A stretch of 64,000 bases of DNA from Alphaproteobacteria bacterium (GTDB lineage Bacteria > Pseudomonadota > Alphaproteobacteria > Micropepsales > Micropepsaceae). The notes below the pieces were generated by a model that saw only the letters and a program-made list of their open reading frames with translations, searched no databases and was not told the origin of the DNA. The DNA lies in assembly GCA_034440175.1 (NCBI GenBank), contig JAWXBO010000003.1:2285-66284 (forward strand), written 5' to 3'. The first letter of the stretch is position 1. Each line of letters starts with the position of its first letter. The position numbers were made by a program, and so were the translations under genes. Below, in pieces: positions 9,411 to 18,178 of the stretch.

Positions 9411-9653
9411 TTACAAGTCTGCGATGCGGACCGGCGAGGGGTTTCGCGCGGCTAATTTCTCTACATTGGCCGGCGCCGACATCAGCAAGCGGCCGAAGGA
9501 CGGTACGTGTGAAAGGCGTTCCCATTCCTTAAAGCTCAAGATCACGGCTTGGGGCTTTCCGTGCCGCGTAATCACTGAGGGCTTACCTTCCACCGCGCGA
9601 TCAACTACGGCGGAGAGGTTCGTTTTGGCGTCGCGAAGCTGAATTTTTCGCAT
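9411..9653 (-). CDS. Type II antitoxin, Phd/YefM family
   Basis: Internal ATG 9653 gives MRKIQLRDAKTNLSAVVDRAVEGKPSVITRHGKPQAVILSFKEWERL. The stop lies 1 nt from the vapC start. Confidence 0.85.
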   Translation of the reverse strand: MRKIQLRDAKTNLSAVVDRAVEGKPSVITRHGKPQAVILSFKEWERLSHVPSFGRLLMSAPANVEKLAARNPSPVRIADL

Positions 9654-9783
9654 GAGGAAATCTCCGTTTATGACTACAGTAGTCATATATGAGTTAAGGA
9701 GCGGTTTCAACTGGGATTTGGTCAGCTTTTTGACCGGGGCTCGAATTGTGTAAACTCGTGCGCCAAATCAGGAGTGCGCCCAT

Positions 9784-10368
9784 ATGTTGCCGGTTGCTGT
9801 CAGGACTGTCACAAAGGACGAGCGCGAGAGGGCGCTTGATATTTTTACGCTGGCGTTTGTCGACGATCCGGTGTTGCGCTGGATCATGGCGGATGGGAGC
9901 GTTTATCTGCAAAATCTGGGTGCGGCGCAGTTTGCGCTGGGCGGGCGGGCGCTGGAGCATGGCACGGCGCATTGCCTGGATGATTTTTCTGCCGCCGCAT
10001 TCTGGTTGCCGCCGGGCGTAGGTGTCGATGAAGAGGCTATGGGTGGGCTGATTGAGCGGGTGGCGACCGAGAAAGTGAGCGGCGACCTTGTCGGCATCGT
10101 GGAGCAGATGGGGCAGTTTCATCCGCAAGAACCGCATTGGTATCTGGCCGTGCTAGGAGTCGATGTGCACCGGCAAGGCAAGGGCTTGGGCGCACTATTG
10201 ATGAAGCATGCGCTGGCGCGTATCGACGGCGAGGGACTGCCCGCCTATCTCGAATCGTCGAACCCGCGCAACATTCCATTTTACGAGCGGCATGGCTTCG
10301 AGGTGATGGGGCGGATTCAATCGGGCAAGTCACCGGTGGTAACGCCGATGTTACGCCGGGCGCGCTGA
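9784..10368 (+). CDS. GNAT family N-acetyltransferase
   Basis: 194 aa. Motif-A-like RQGKGLGALLMKH followed by NIPFYERHGFEV. Confidence 0.8.
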   Translation: MLPVAVRTVTKDERERALDIFTLAFVDDPVLRWIMADGSVYLQNLGAAQFALGGRALEHGTAHCLDDFSAAAFWLPPGVGVDEEAMGGLIERVATEKVSGDLVGIVEQMGQFHPQEPHWYLAVLGVDVHRQGKGLGALLMKHALARIDGEGLPAYLESSNPRNIPFYERHGFEVMGRIQSGKSPVVTPMLRRAR

Positions 10369-10411
10369 GGCTTGCGGCTTGCGCATTCCAGGCCGGCCAT
10401 CGCGCAATGTC

Positions 10412-11176
10412 TCAGCCGCGAAATTTCCGGTTCAGTTTGCGCATGCCGGCGATCCAGCGGTTGTAGTCGCCAGTTTTGCGGCGCATGTATTCAAGCACTT
10501 CGGGGTGGGGCAGGATCAGGAAGTCTTCGGCCTCGATTGCGCGCACGCAGGCTTCGGCCACGGTATCGGGCTCCATCATGCCGTCGATCGAGGCGACGCC
10601 ATCGGGGTTGCCTGCGGTCATCGCCGTGCGCACGGCCTGGGGACATAATACAGAGACTTTGATGCCTTGATCGCCGTGCGTGATGGCGAGCCATTCGGCG
10701 AGTCCCACGGCTGCGTGCTTTGTCACCGCATAAGGTGCCGAGCCGATTTGCGAGAGGAGGCCTGCGGCGGAGGCGGTGTTGAGCAGGTAACCGCCGCCGC
10801 GTGCGATCATGCGAGGCACCAGGTGGCGCGCCGCCCAGACATGCGCCATGACGTTGATGTCCCAGATGCGATCCCAATTTTCGTTCGACGCTTCCGCCCC
10901 GCCGGGGACGCCGATGCCGGCGTTCGAGCAGAAAAGACCGATGGGGCCGTGATCGGTCTCGACGCGTTCGATCAGATGGCGGATGTCGTCTTCCCTGGCG
11001 ACGTTGGTTTCGAACGCAACGCCGCCGATTTCGTCTGCCACTGCCCTGGCACCCGCGCCGTTGAGGTCGGCACAAACGACGAGTTTGGCACCTTCCCTGG
11101 CGAAGCGCACGGCCATGGCGCGGCCGATGCCGCTGGCGGCACCGGTTATGACAATGATCCGGTCTTTCAGCTGCAT
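10412..11176 (-). CDS. SDR family oxidoreductase
   Basis: TGAASGIGRA Rossmann motif, NAG motif, catalytic YxxxK (YAVTKHA). Confidence 0.9.
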   Translation of the reverse strand: MQLKDRIIVITGAASGIGRAMAVRFAREGAKLVVCADLNGAGARAVADEIGGVAFETNVAREDDIRHLIERVETDHGPIGLFCSNAGIGVPGGAEASNENWDRIWDINVMAHVWAARHLVPRMIARGGGYLLNTASAAGLLSQIGSAPYAVTKHAAVGLAEWLAITHGDQGIKVSVLCPQAVRTAMTAGNPDGVASIDGMMEPDTVAEACVRAIEAEDFLILPHPEVLEYMRRKTGDYNRWIAGMRKLNRKFRG

Positions 11177-11381
11177 GGCGCGTTGTCCTCCGAGTTTGTT
11201 GATGTCAGCGAGTAATACGGAGACATGACATATTTCTCAACGGTTATCGCAGGTTCCCGCACGCGGGCGAAGGGCAATGATTTCTGTGGATCTGGCGGGG
11301 GGAGCTGTAATGGGTTATGTGGTAGGGAGTATCCGGGACGACCGCCCGTGCCAATCAACCCTGCGCAGGAATCCCTGGCGA

Positions 11382-13397
11382 ATGTCAAGTCGTAAAGTGT
11401 CCCCTGATAAAATGATCAATAGATTTGTGGCGTGCATTTTCGTCGTAATGATGCTGGCATCCCCGGTTGCTGTTTCTTCTCCTGCCACCGGCGCACGGGA
11501 TAGTGACGCGCTCGCCAAGGCCTTTGCGGCGCAGGACGCCAAAGACTGGGCGGGCGCCAAAACGCTAACCGCAGGACAATCGCCGATCATGCGCGACCTC
11601 GTGCAATGGCGCTATGTTTCTACTTCCGGGTCCGGTGCGACCTTCGACGAGATCAATGAGTTTCTGACAGCGCATGCCACCTGGCCCGGTCGAGGCACTA
11701 TCGTGCAGCGCGGCGAGGAAGCAATTCTGGCCGAAAACCTCATCGAAACCAAGGGCACTGACTGGTTCAAAGCCCGCCCGCCCCGCACCAGTGGTGGCTG
11801 TCTTGCGTATGCAAAATTCCTGTTCGCGCATGATCGCAATATTGATGCACTTGCCAGCGTCAGGCGATGCTGGCTCGCACTGGTGCTGAACTTCTCGGAT
11901 TACCAGGACTGGGCAGGCGCCTCGCTTATGCCGCTTTCCGCAGACGACCATCTCGCGCGTGCCGACGCTTTGTTGTGGAACCGGAATGGGCAGGGCGCCA
12001 ACGAGCTGCTGCCCTTGCTGTCGCCCAAGGCGCAAGGTGCGGCCGGTGCAAGGATCAAGATCCAGTCTGGAAGTGCTGTTGAACTGGAAGACGCCGTGGA
12101 AGGCGCTCCAAGCCCGTCCTGGGCCGCCAGCCTCATTTATGACCAAGGCGTGGCGCTCAGAAAATCTGGCAAGAGCACGGAGTCCTGGCCACTGCTCATG
12201 CGAGCTGATGAAACCGGCGCCCTGCCTTCACAGTATGCGCGCGTGTGGTGGCCGGAACACAATCTCGCCGCACGTACTGCGCTTGACACACCGGACTACG
12301 GCGCCGCCTACAGGCTGGCGTCGGGGACACAGTTGTCAGCCGGCACCGAAATCGCACTCTATCTGGAGGCGGAATTTCTGTCCGGCTGGATTGCGCTGCG
12401 CAAACTCGACAAGGCCAAGGCGGCCTTGGTGCATTTCCAGAACCTGGAACGGGCTGCAAAGTCGCCGGTGTCTCGCGCCCGCGCTCACTATTGGAAAGCG
12501 CAGGCGTTCAAGGCCCTAGATGATGAGGCGAGTGCGCAGCAATCGCTGGCGATCGCTGCCGCGGAGCCCACGACTTTTTACGGCCGTCTCGCGCTCGAGA
12601 TGAAAACAGGGTCCAAACCCGGCGCAAGTCCGTCGGTGAAACCTTCCGCCGCGCCCGCGACCGAAGGCATCGAAGAGCTCGTGCTGGCCTCCAACACGCT
12701 CTTTCTCATCGGCGATGCTCGCCGCGCCAACGTCTTTGCCAATGCCGCCATTGATGTCTGCCAGACGGCGGGCTGTGCTGCCGCGCTCAGCGCGCGGCTT
12801 GCAGGAAAAGGCAACTCCTATGCCGCCTTGCGCAGTGCCAAGAAAGCGCAAACCCTTGGTGTCACCAGATTGGATGAGCTCTACCCGCTGGCCGAGCTGC
12901 CAGCCAGTTGTGCCGTGGCGGGCGTGCCGCCTTCACTGATCCTTGCGCTTGCCAGGCAGGAGAGCGAGTTCGATCCAGGGGCCGCCAGCACCGCAAACGC
13001 GCGTGGGCTTTTGCAGATCCTGCCCTCTACGGCGCAGGATGTGGCGCGCCGTTACAAACTGCCCTACGCCGGTGCCGGCGATCTGTTTCTGCCCCAGACG
13101 AACCTCGCCATCGGTTGCTATCATGTGAAAGACCTCCTCGAGGCGTTTGGCGGCTCGTACGTGCTGACGATTGCTGCCTATAACGCCGGCCGTTCGCGCA
13201 TCCAGGGCTGGATCACCCTGCGTGGCGATCCTCGCGACCCAGAAATCGATGCCGTGGACTGGATCGAAACCATCCCGTTCGACGAAACGCGCAACTATGT
13301 GATGCGCGTATTCGAGAACGAACTTGCGTACAAGTCCCGCCTCGACGAACCGCTCCAGGTGCAGGAACTGAACCAGGACCTGCGCCGCAGGTTGTGA
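11382..13397 (+). CDS. Soluble lytic murein transglycosylase (Slt70-like)
   Basis: Signal-peptide-like N-terminus (start 11382 or 11412 is uncertain), long helical superhelix region, C-terminal SLT catalytic motifs (ARQESEFDPGAASTANARGLLQILPSTA, AYNAG). Confidence 0.85.
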   Translation: MSSRKVSPDKMINRFVACIFVVMMLASPVAVSSPATGARDSDALAKAFAAQDAKDWAGAKTLTAGQSPIMRDLVQWRYVSTSGSGATFDEINEFLTAHATWPGRGTIVQRGEEAILAENLIETKGTDWFKARPPRTSGGCLAYAKFLFAHDRNIDALASVRRCWLALVLNFSDYQDWAGASLMPLSADDHLARADALLWNRNGQGANELLPLLSPKAQGAAGARIKIQSGSAVELEDAVEGAPSPSWAASLIYDQGVALRKSGKSTESWPLLMRADETGALPSQYARVWWPEHNLAARTALDTPDYGAAYRLASGTQLSAGTEIALYLEAEFLSGWIALRKLDKAKAALVHFQNLERAAKSPVSRARAHYWKAQAFKALDDEASAQQSLAIAAAEPTTFYGRLALEMKTGSKPGASPSVKPSAAPATEGIEELVLASNTLFLIGDARRANVFANAAIDVCQTAGCAAALSARLAGKGNSYAALRSAKKAQTLGVTRLDELYPLAELPASCAVAGVPPSLILALARQESEFDPGAASTANARGLLQILPSTAQDVARRYKLPYAGAGDLFLPQTNLAIGCYHVKDLLEAFGGSYVLTIAAYNAGRSRIQGWITLRGDPRDPEIDAVDWIETIPFDETRNYVMRVFENELAYKSRLDEPLQVQELNQDLRRRL

Positions 13398-13639
13398 GTT
13401 TTATCATGTCCCTTTAATAGTGGCAGGCTGTTTCGCGCGTGAGGCGAGCAGGAGGGCGTTGGCTTGCTTGTTTGGAGAGTGCGAACACTTCCCGGGCGAG
13501 TGGGTAGCGTCGCCCACTTCCCTCGCGTGTGTGCAACCCTGCGGCACCTCATTTGTTGGGCATTTGTCGCCCGGATACACTTGTCAGGTTAGGCCATAGA
13601 CCACATGGTTTGCCCGTCTGCCTTGGGGGGCAGAAGGGG

Positions 13640-16033
13640 ATGAACGCAATCAGGAGCGTCGGGCACGCAGTAGGGGAATTCGTTGTGCTGGTGATCTTCA
13701 CTGTCGTCGCGGCGGTGTTGATTTACTGGGCTATCGAGTGTGCGCGCGCTATCGATTTCCTCTCCGTGTTGGCGCCCGAGTGGGCCTCGTGGGCGGGTGC
13801 CAATGCCGCCGAAGTATGGGGCTGGCTGTCGGCGGGCGCATCTTACGTCTGGGGCATCTTGTTTCAACACTGGTCAACCCTGGTCAGGCAGTGGTCTGAA
13901 ACCGGAACCCTGGTTTCGCAAATCCTGGACGCGATCGCTATGCAATTGGCCACACAGCCCGCGAGTTGCAGTGAATGTTGCGCCCAGTGCTGTGCACAGT
14001 TGTGCGAGAAACCTTCCGACTGGAGCAAAATTCTGGGCTCTTTCGCATTGTTGGGTCGGAGCTTGCTCTACAGCGTGTGTCTCACTTTTTACGCGATTTT
14101 GTCGCTGACATTCTATTACATCGTCGCATGGGCCGCAGACAGGATTGCACCTTTGCTCGTAGGCGGTTTGTTCAAGGCAACAGGCTGGATCGCGTTCCTT
14201 TGGCTGATGCACATGATCGGGGCTTGCGTTGTCGAGCCGTTCGTACCGCTTTTCAACGAATTCGGCACGCTCGTGGCGCATGCGTTCGCGGGGAGCGGCG
14301 GACAGCAACGGTCGGTACAGGCTGTTTTGATTTTGATCGCGTTTTCATTTGCGGTGACCGTTTTATTTCCCCTCATGATGATGATGACGCGGATATTCGA
14401 GTTGTTGAGATGGCTCCCGACCGTTCGGCAACGAATACTTTCGCTTTTCATCGATAAAGTGCACCCGCTGTTTCTCCGGCAGTCGATCGGTGTGGCTCGG
14501 GCGAGTGCGAAGGCGCGGCGCGATGCCATTTCGAAGTTTCTCAAAGACGGAACGCTCCCGGTCTTGCGCACGGAGTACCGCATGGCAGCGGGGGACCGGC
14601 GCAAGTATCGAGAGCATGTTGTACGCCGGGAGGAGGAAGAGGAGGGGCCCGCCAAACTGGTTCCTGCGTTCCTCGAGTTTCCTAAACCTTGGGGCAAGAG
14701 CCCGATGGTGCTGGAGCAACCGTGTTTGCCGGAAGGACCGGAGGAGGCGGTCGGGCAGTTCGTGCGGCTGAAATTCGAAAGTCAGCCGGAGACAAAGCGA
14801 AGCTGGTGGCTGAGATTGTGGAGTCACGAACGGAACGAGGAAATCGTTGTGCCCTTGTTGGCGCGGGTCGTGGACGCAGCGATCCTTGCCGACCGTTATG
14901 GCGACACTTTGCGACGCGAGAAAGATTGGAACGCGATGCCGTTCTACGAACGCATCTATGCGGAGTACACACCGCTTTGGTTTCCGCTCAATTATCTTCT
15001 GCGTCCTATCATTGGTCCCAGCCTGCCCGCTCGCGTGGTGATAGAGACGCGCTATCCAGAAGTGTTCCTCGGAGCTTTATTCGGGAGTGTGAGGGATCGC
15101 AAGTCGAGCACTTATGGATCGTGGTTCGGGATCGGGATTGAAATTAAAACGCCGGACGGGCCGCGCAGCAACCGGCAGGCGTGGCGCGGCGCGGAGCAGG
15201 AGCCTTTGTGCAGGCGACTGAAGTCGCAAGCCGCGAGCACGCTGAGCGGGCCCATCGATGTCAGCTTTGTCAACAACCCGCCGTTGGGACAACCCACGCA
15301 GACGCGGGAGGACACTTACTACGTCATGCCAAGCGGCCCATTAGCTGACGGCTGTCCCAGCGTGGTGCGGCCGGGCGAGTTTCCAGTGGGCGAGCCAGAG
15401 CGCGTGCATCGGCCGCTGGCGCCGAGCGGGTCGGTTTCAAATGCGCCGCCGGCGTGGCTGTTTCCGCTCCATGGCCGGCTCTTTTCCGATTGCCGCGGGA
15501 ATTGCCTGAAGGCCCAAAAGGTCAAGCCTGGACAGGTGATGGAGATCGAGCAATCGGCGCCAGGTACGATCTCACAACCCTCGGGCTTGATCGCGCGCCG
15601 CTTTCGGGGGCCGGACCGGCGCCGGTTGTACCGGCGCGTATGGTCGGGTGCATTCTTCGACCGCGAACTGGGTGTCGCCAACCGGTTCCCACTTTTTGGT
15701 TGCTCGTATACTTTTAGGGAGCCCCGGATGGTGGCGGGGACATGGTCGCGTGCGGACTTGCGCGGTGGATTTGCTACGACACTGAGGATCCCTGGCGCTG
15801 CGGCGGCGTGGTTGCGAGGGCTCGGCTGGAATGGGTGGCGGGAGTGGCAAACCTTCGGGGGTGTCTTCGTCTCGACGCAAGGCCCCGAGCATGCCGGAAA
15901 CCTGCTGATGCCCGAGCCTTTGTTCTACGACTATCTCAATCACCTGGCACAACGCAGCGCGCTGATCGACGGGATGAAGGCCTGTAAAGCTCCAGCCTTC
16001 GTGCCAGTGCCGCATGAAACAGAGGCGCGGTGA
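13640..16033 (+). CDS. Orphan large membrane protein (N-terminal multi-TM region with Cys-rich loop, about 500-aa C-terminal domain of unknown function)
   Basis: 2.4 kb open frame. ATG 13640 preceded by GAAGGGG. Several hydrophobic helices. CSECCAQCCAQLC motif. I recognise no family motif. Third-position GC looks lower than in neighbouring genes. Confidence 0.6.
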   Translation: MNAIRSVGHAVGEFVVLVIFTVVAAVLIYWAIECARAIDFLSVLAPEWASWAGANAAEVWGWLSAGASYVWGILFQHWSTLVRQWSETGTLVSQILDAIAMQLATQPASCSECCAQCCAQLCEKPSDWSKILGSFALLGRSLLYSVCLTFYAILSLTFYYIVAWAADRIAPLLVGGLFKATGWIAFLWLMHMIGACVVEPFVPLFNEFGTLVAHAFAGSGGQQRSVQAVLILIAFSFAVTVLFPLMMMMTRIFELLRWLPTVRQRILSLFIDKVHPLFLRQSIGVARASAKARRDAISKFLKDGTLPVLRTEYRMAAGDRRKYREHVVRREEEEEGPAKLVPAFLEFPKPWGKSPMVLEQPCLPEGPEEAVGQFVRLKFESQPETKRSWWLRLWSHERNEEIVVPLLARVVDAAILADRYGDTLRREKDWNAMPFYERIYAEYTPLWFPLNYLLRPIIGPSLPARVVIETRYPEVFLGALFGSVRDRKSSTYGSWFGIGIEIKTPDGPRSNRQAWRGAEQEPLCRRLKSQAASTLSGPIDVSFVNNPPLGQPTQTREDTYYVMPSGPLADGCPSVVRPGEFPVGEPERVHRPLAPSGSVSNAPPAWLFPLHGRLFSDCRGNCLKAQKVKPGQVMEIEQSAPGTISQPSGLIARRFRGPDRRRLYRRVWSGAFFDRELGVANRFPLFGCSYTFREPRMVAGTWSRADLRGGFATTLRIPGAAAAWLRGLGWNGWREWQTFGGVFVSTQGPEHAGNLLMPEPLFYDYLNHLAQRSALIDGMKACKAPAFVPVPHETEAR

Positions 16034-16043
16034 GGGGCGTTTG

Positions 16044-16958
16044 TTACGGCAGTGCTCGAATAGCGGCCTCGGCGCCGGGGAGCAGGGTGTCGTCGTCCGC
16101 GCTCTTGTTGAGCCGCGCATTGAGATAGAGTGTTTGCATGAAGGCATCAACGTTGTGGAGGCGTGCCAGGTTGGCCGTCGACGCGTAGGCATCGTTCCAT
16201 GAGGCGAGCGGTGCGGGGGCGGCCACTTGTTCGAGCCATGCGCTCCATTCGGCCTGGCTGAAAAGATTTCGCTGGGCGATTTGGAGAATGGGGGCGGCGA
16301 GACGCTGGGGTTCGCCGAAAATGTAGGAGTGACTGGGCGGTGAAATCTGCAATGCTATCGCGTCACAAATGCGTTGAAGGTCGGGCTTGGCAAACGCCGG
16401 GTTGAGCGCCAGCTGCAGCATCAGATCGGCGCCGTGCGCGATGCCGTGGCGCCAGCCCTCGCGATCATCGAAGCCGCGATAGTCGCGCACGCCAGTGAGA
16501 TAGGTCACGCCGGCCGTGAGCAGGCGGGCGCGGCGTTGCGGGGTAAGAAATGTCTTGATGCGGTCGGCGCGGGCGATTTCGGCGAGCGCCAGTGCAGCGA
16601 AGGGGCGTTCGAAGCCGGCGCCTTCGGGGGCGGTGAGGCGTACTTCGAGATCGTCTTGCAGGGACAGCATGGTGCCGTCCGTGAGCAGGCGGGCGCGCAG
16701 GAAATGGAACAATGCTTCGTAGGCGATCCCGTCACGCAGTGCGGGGTCGGGTGAAGTGAGGCAATCGGTGAGGGCGCGGGCGAGGGCGTTGCGCGCGGAG
16801 TCATCGGCGATGAGCCATTTTGCCGCCTTGAGCCCATCGAGTTGGGCGCGGCTATAGTTCGCGGGCGGGCACGTGGCGTGGGCGATGGAGCTGTTGGCGC
16901 CAAGCGCGGAAAGCGCCGTGGCTGCCACAGCAAGCACTCGCATGATCTGCATGGTCAA
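16044..16958 (-). CDS. Secreted DUF2785-like helical-repeat protein
   Basis: Signal peptide MRVLAVAATALSALGANSSIAHA. Segments SPDPALRDGIAYEAL and DYRGFDDREGWRHGIAHGADL resemble DUF2785 as I recall it. Confidence 0.5.
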   Translation of the reverse strand: MTMQIMRVLAVAATALSALGANSSIAHATCPPANYSRAQLDGLKAAKWLIADDSARNALARALTDCLTSPDPALRDGIAYEALFHFLRARLLTDGTMLSLQDDLEVRLTAPEGAGFERPFAALALAEIARADRIKTFLTPQRRARLLTAGVTYLTGVRDYRGFDDREGWRHGIAHGADLMLQLALNPAFAKPDLQRICDAIALQISPPSHSYIFGEPQRLAAPILQIAQRNLFSQAEWSAWLEQVAAPAPLASWNDAYASTANLARLHNVDAFMQTLYLNARLNKSADDDTLLPGAEAAIRALP

Positions 16959-17208
16959 TTCCCTGTTGGTGTCAGATTATCGGGGCGGATGCGTCTGGTC
17001 GATCACAAGGCCGTGATGCGGCCGTTTGGCAGGGGGCTTGACAGGAGCGTGTTTGTTCCCTATATGTCCCTTTAGCGGGTGGCCTATATATTTCGGTGAT
17101 TATTTTCGTCCGGCAGGTGGTCTGCCGGGCGCTGCGACTTGACAATTGAATAGGGTTCTTTCGGGCGGTAGTGGTTGCGTGGGGAGAATTGTGTCTCGTT
17201 GGTCGATC

Positions 17209-17318
17209 GGACAATTGAGACAGGACAAACAGGACAGTGTTTTAGGACAGTGTCCGATGTTCTGTTCGCCCAGAGTTTCGTGGCGGAAGTCTCCCGGTTT
17301 TTCTCGAGATTAGGACAG
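17209..17318 (+). repeat. GGACA-rich conserved upstream element, copy A (upstream of mipZ)
   Basis: Aligns over about 110 nt with the reverse complement of 51051..51163. The first 31 nt differ at 2 positions, and both copies share the palindrome GGACAGTGTCC. Ends 65 nt before the mipZ ATG. Confidence 0.8.
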
Positions 17319-17383
17319 GCACCGGTGCTAAATTGGGGCGATCCAGGCGAATCAGCGCCTTTTGGCATTCGGTGTAACGGGGC

Positions 17384-18178
17384 ATGGGTGGGATAACGCC
17401 TCCAGTGATTGTGGTTGGAAACGAGAAAGGCGGGTCGGGGAAATCGACCGTCGCCTTGCATCTGGTTGCGGGCTTGATGTCGGCGGGTCTCAGGGCCGGT
17501 GCGATCGACCTCGACCACCGCCAGCAGAGCCTTTCGCACTTCTTTGCCAACCGGGCGCAGTGGGCCGAGCGGCAGGGGCGGCCGGTCGCACTGCCAAAGC
17601 TGATCACGCTGGCGCCGGAGCGGGCAAGTTTTGAGTTTGCGGTTTCTGAATTGGGTCAGGAATGCGATGTCATCGTTGTCGATTGTCCGGGTGCGGATAC
17701 GGCATTGGGCCGGGTGGCGCATGCGAGTGCCACGATCATCGTGTCACCGCTGAACGACAGTTTCGTCGACTTCGCGTTGCTGGCCAGCGTCGATCCTGAA
17801 ACGTACGAGGCCAAAACGCCCAGCATCTACGCGGAGTTCGTTTGGGAGAGCCGCAAGCGCCAGATGATAGAGCGGCGGCGGACGATTGACTGGCTGGTGG
17901 TGCGCAACCGGATGTCCGCCATGGAGACGCACAACAAGAGGCGGGTAACCCAGGCATTGACAAAGCTGTCGCAGCGCATCGGGTTTCGCCTGGCGCCGGG
18001 CCTGAGCGAGCGGGTGGTGTATCGCGAACTGTTTCCCAAAGGGCTGACGGTGCTGGATCTGATGGAAGGCAAGACACGCGGGATCACGATGAGCCAGATC
18101 GCTGCACGGGCCGAAGTGCGCGGGTTGATTGCAGCGCTACGCTTGCCGCAGTTTGCGAAGGTCGCTGCTGCCGGTTAG
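17384..18178 (+). CDS. mipZ: Division-plane-positioning ParA-like ATPase MipZ
   Basis: VIVVGNEKGGSGKSTVALHLVAGL...IDLDHRQQSLSHFFANR closely matches the Caulobacter MipZ N-terminus as I recall it. 264 aa. Confidence 0.85.
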   Translation: MGGITPPVIVVGNEKGGSGKSTVALHLVAGLMSAGLRAGAIDLDHRQQSLSHFFANRAQWAERQGRPVALPKLITLAPERASFEFAVSELGQECDVIVVDCPGADTALGRVAHASATIIVSPLNDSFVDFALLASVDPETYEAKTPSIYAEFVWESRKRQMIERRRTIDWLVVRNRMSAMETHNKRRVTQALTKLSQRIGFRLAPGLSERVVYRELFPKGLTVLDLMEGKTRGITMSQIAARAEVRGLIAALRLPQFAKVAAAG

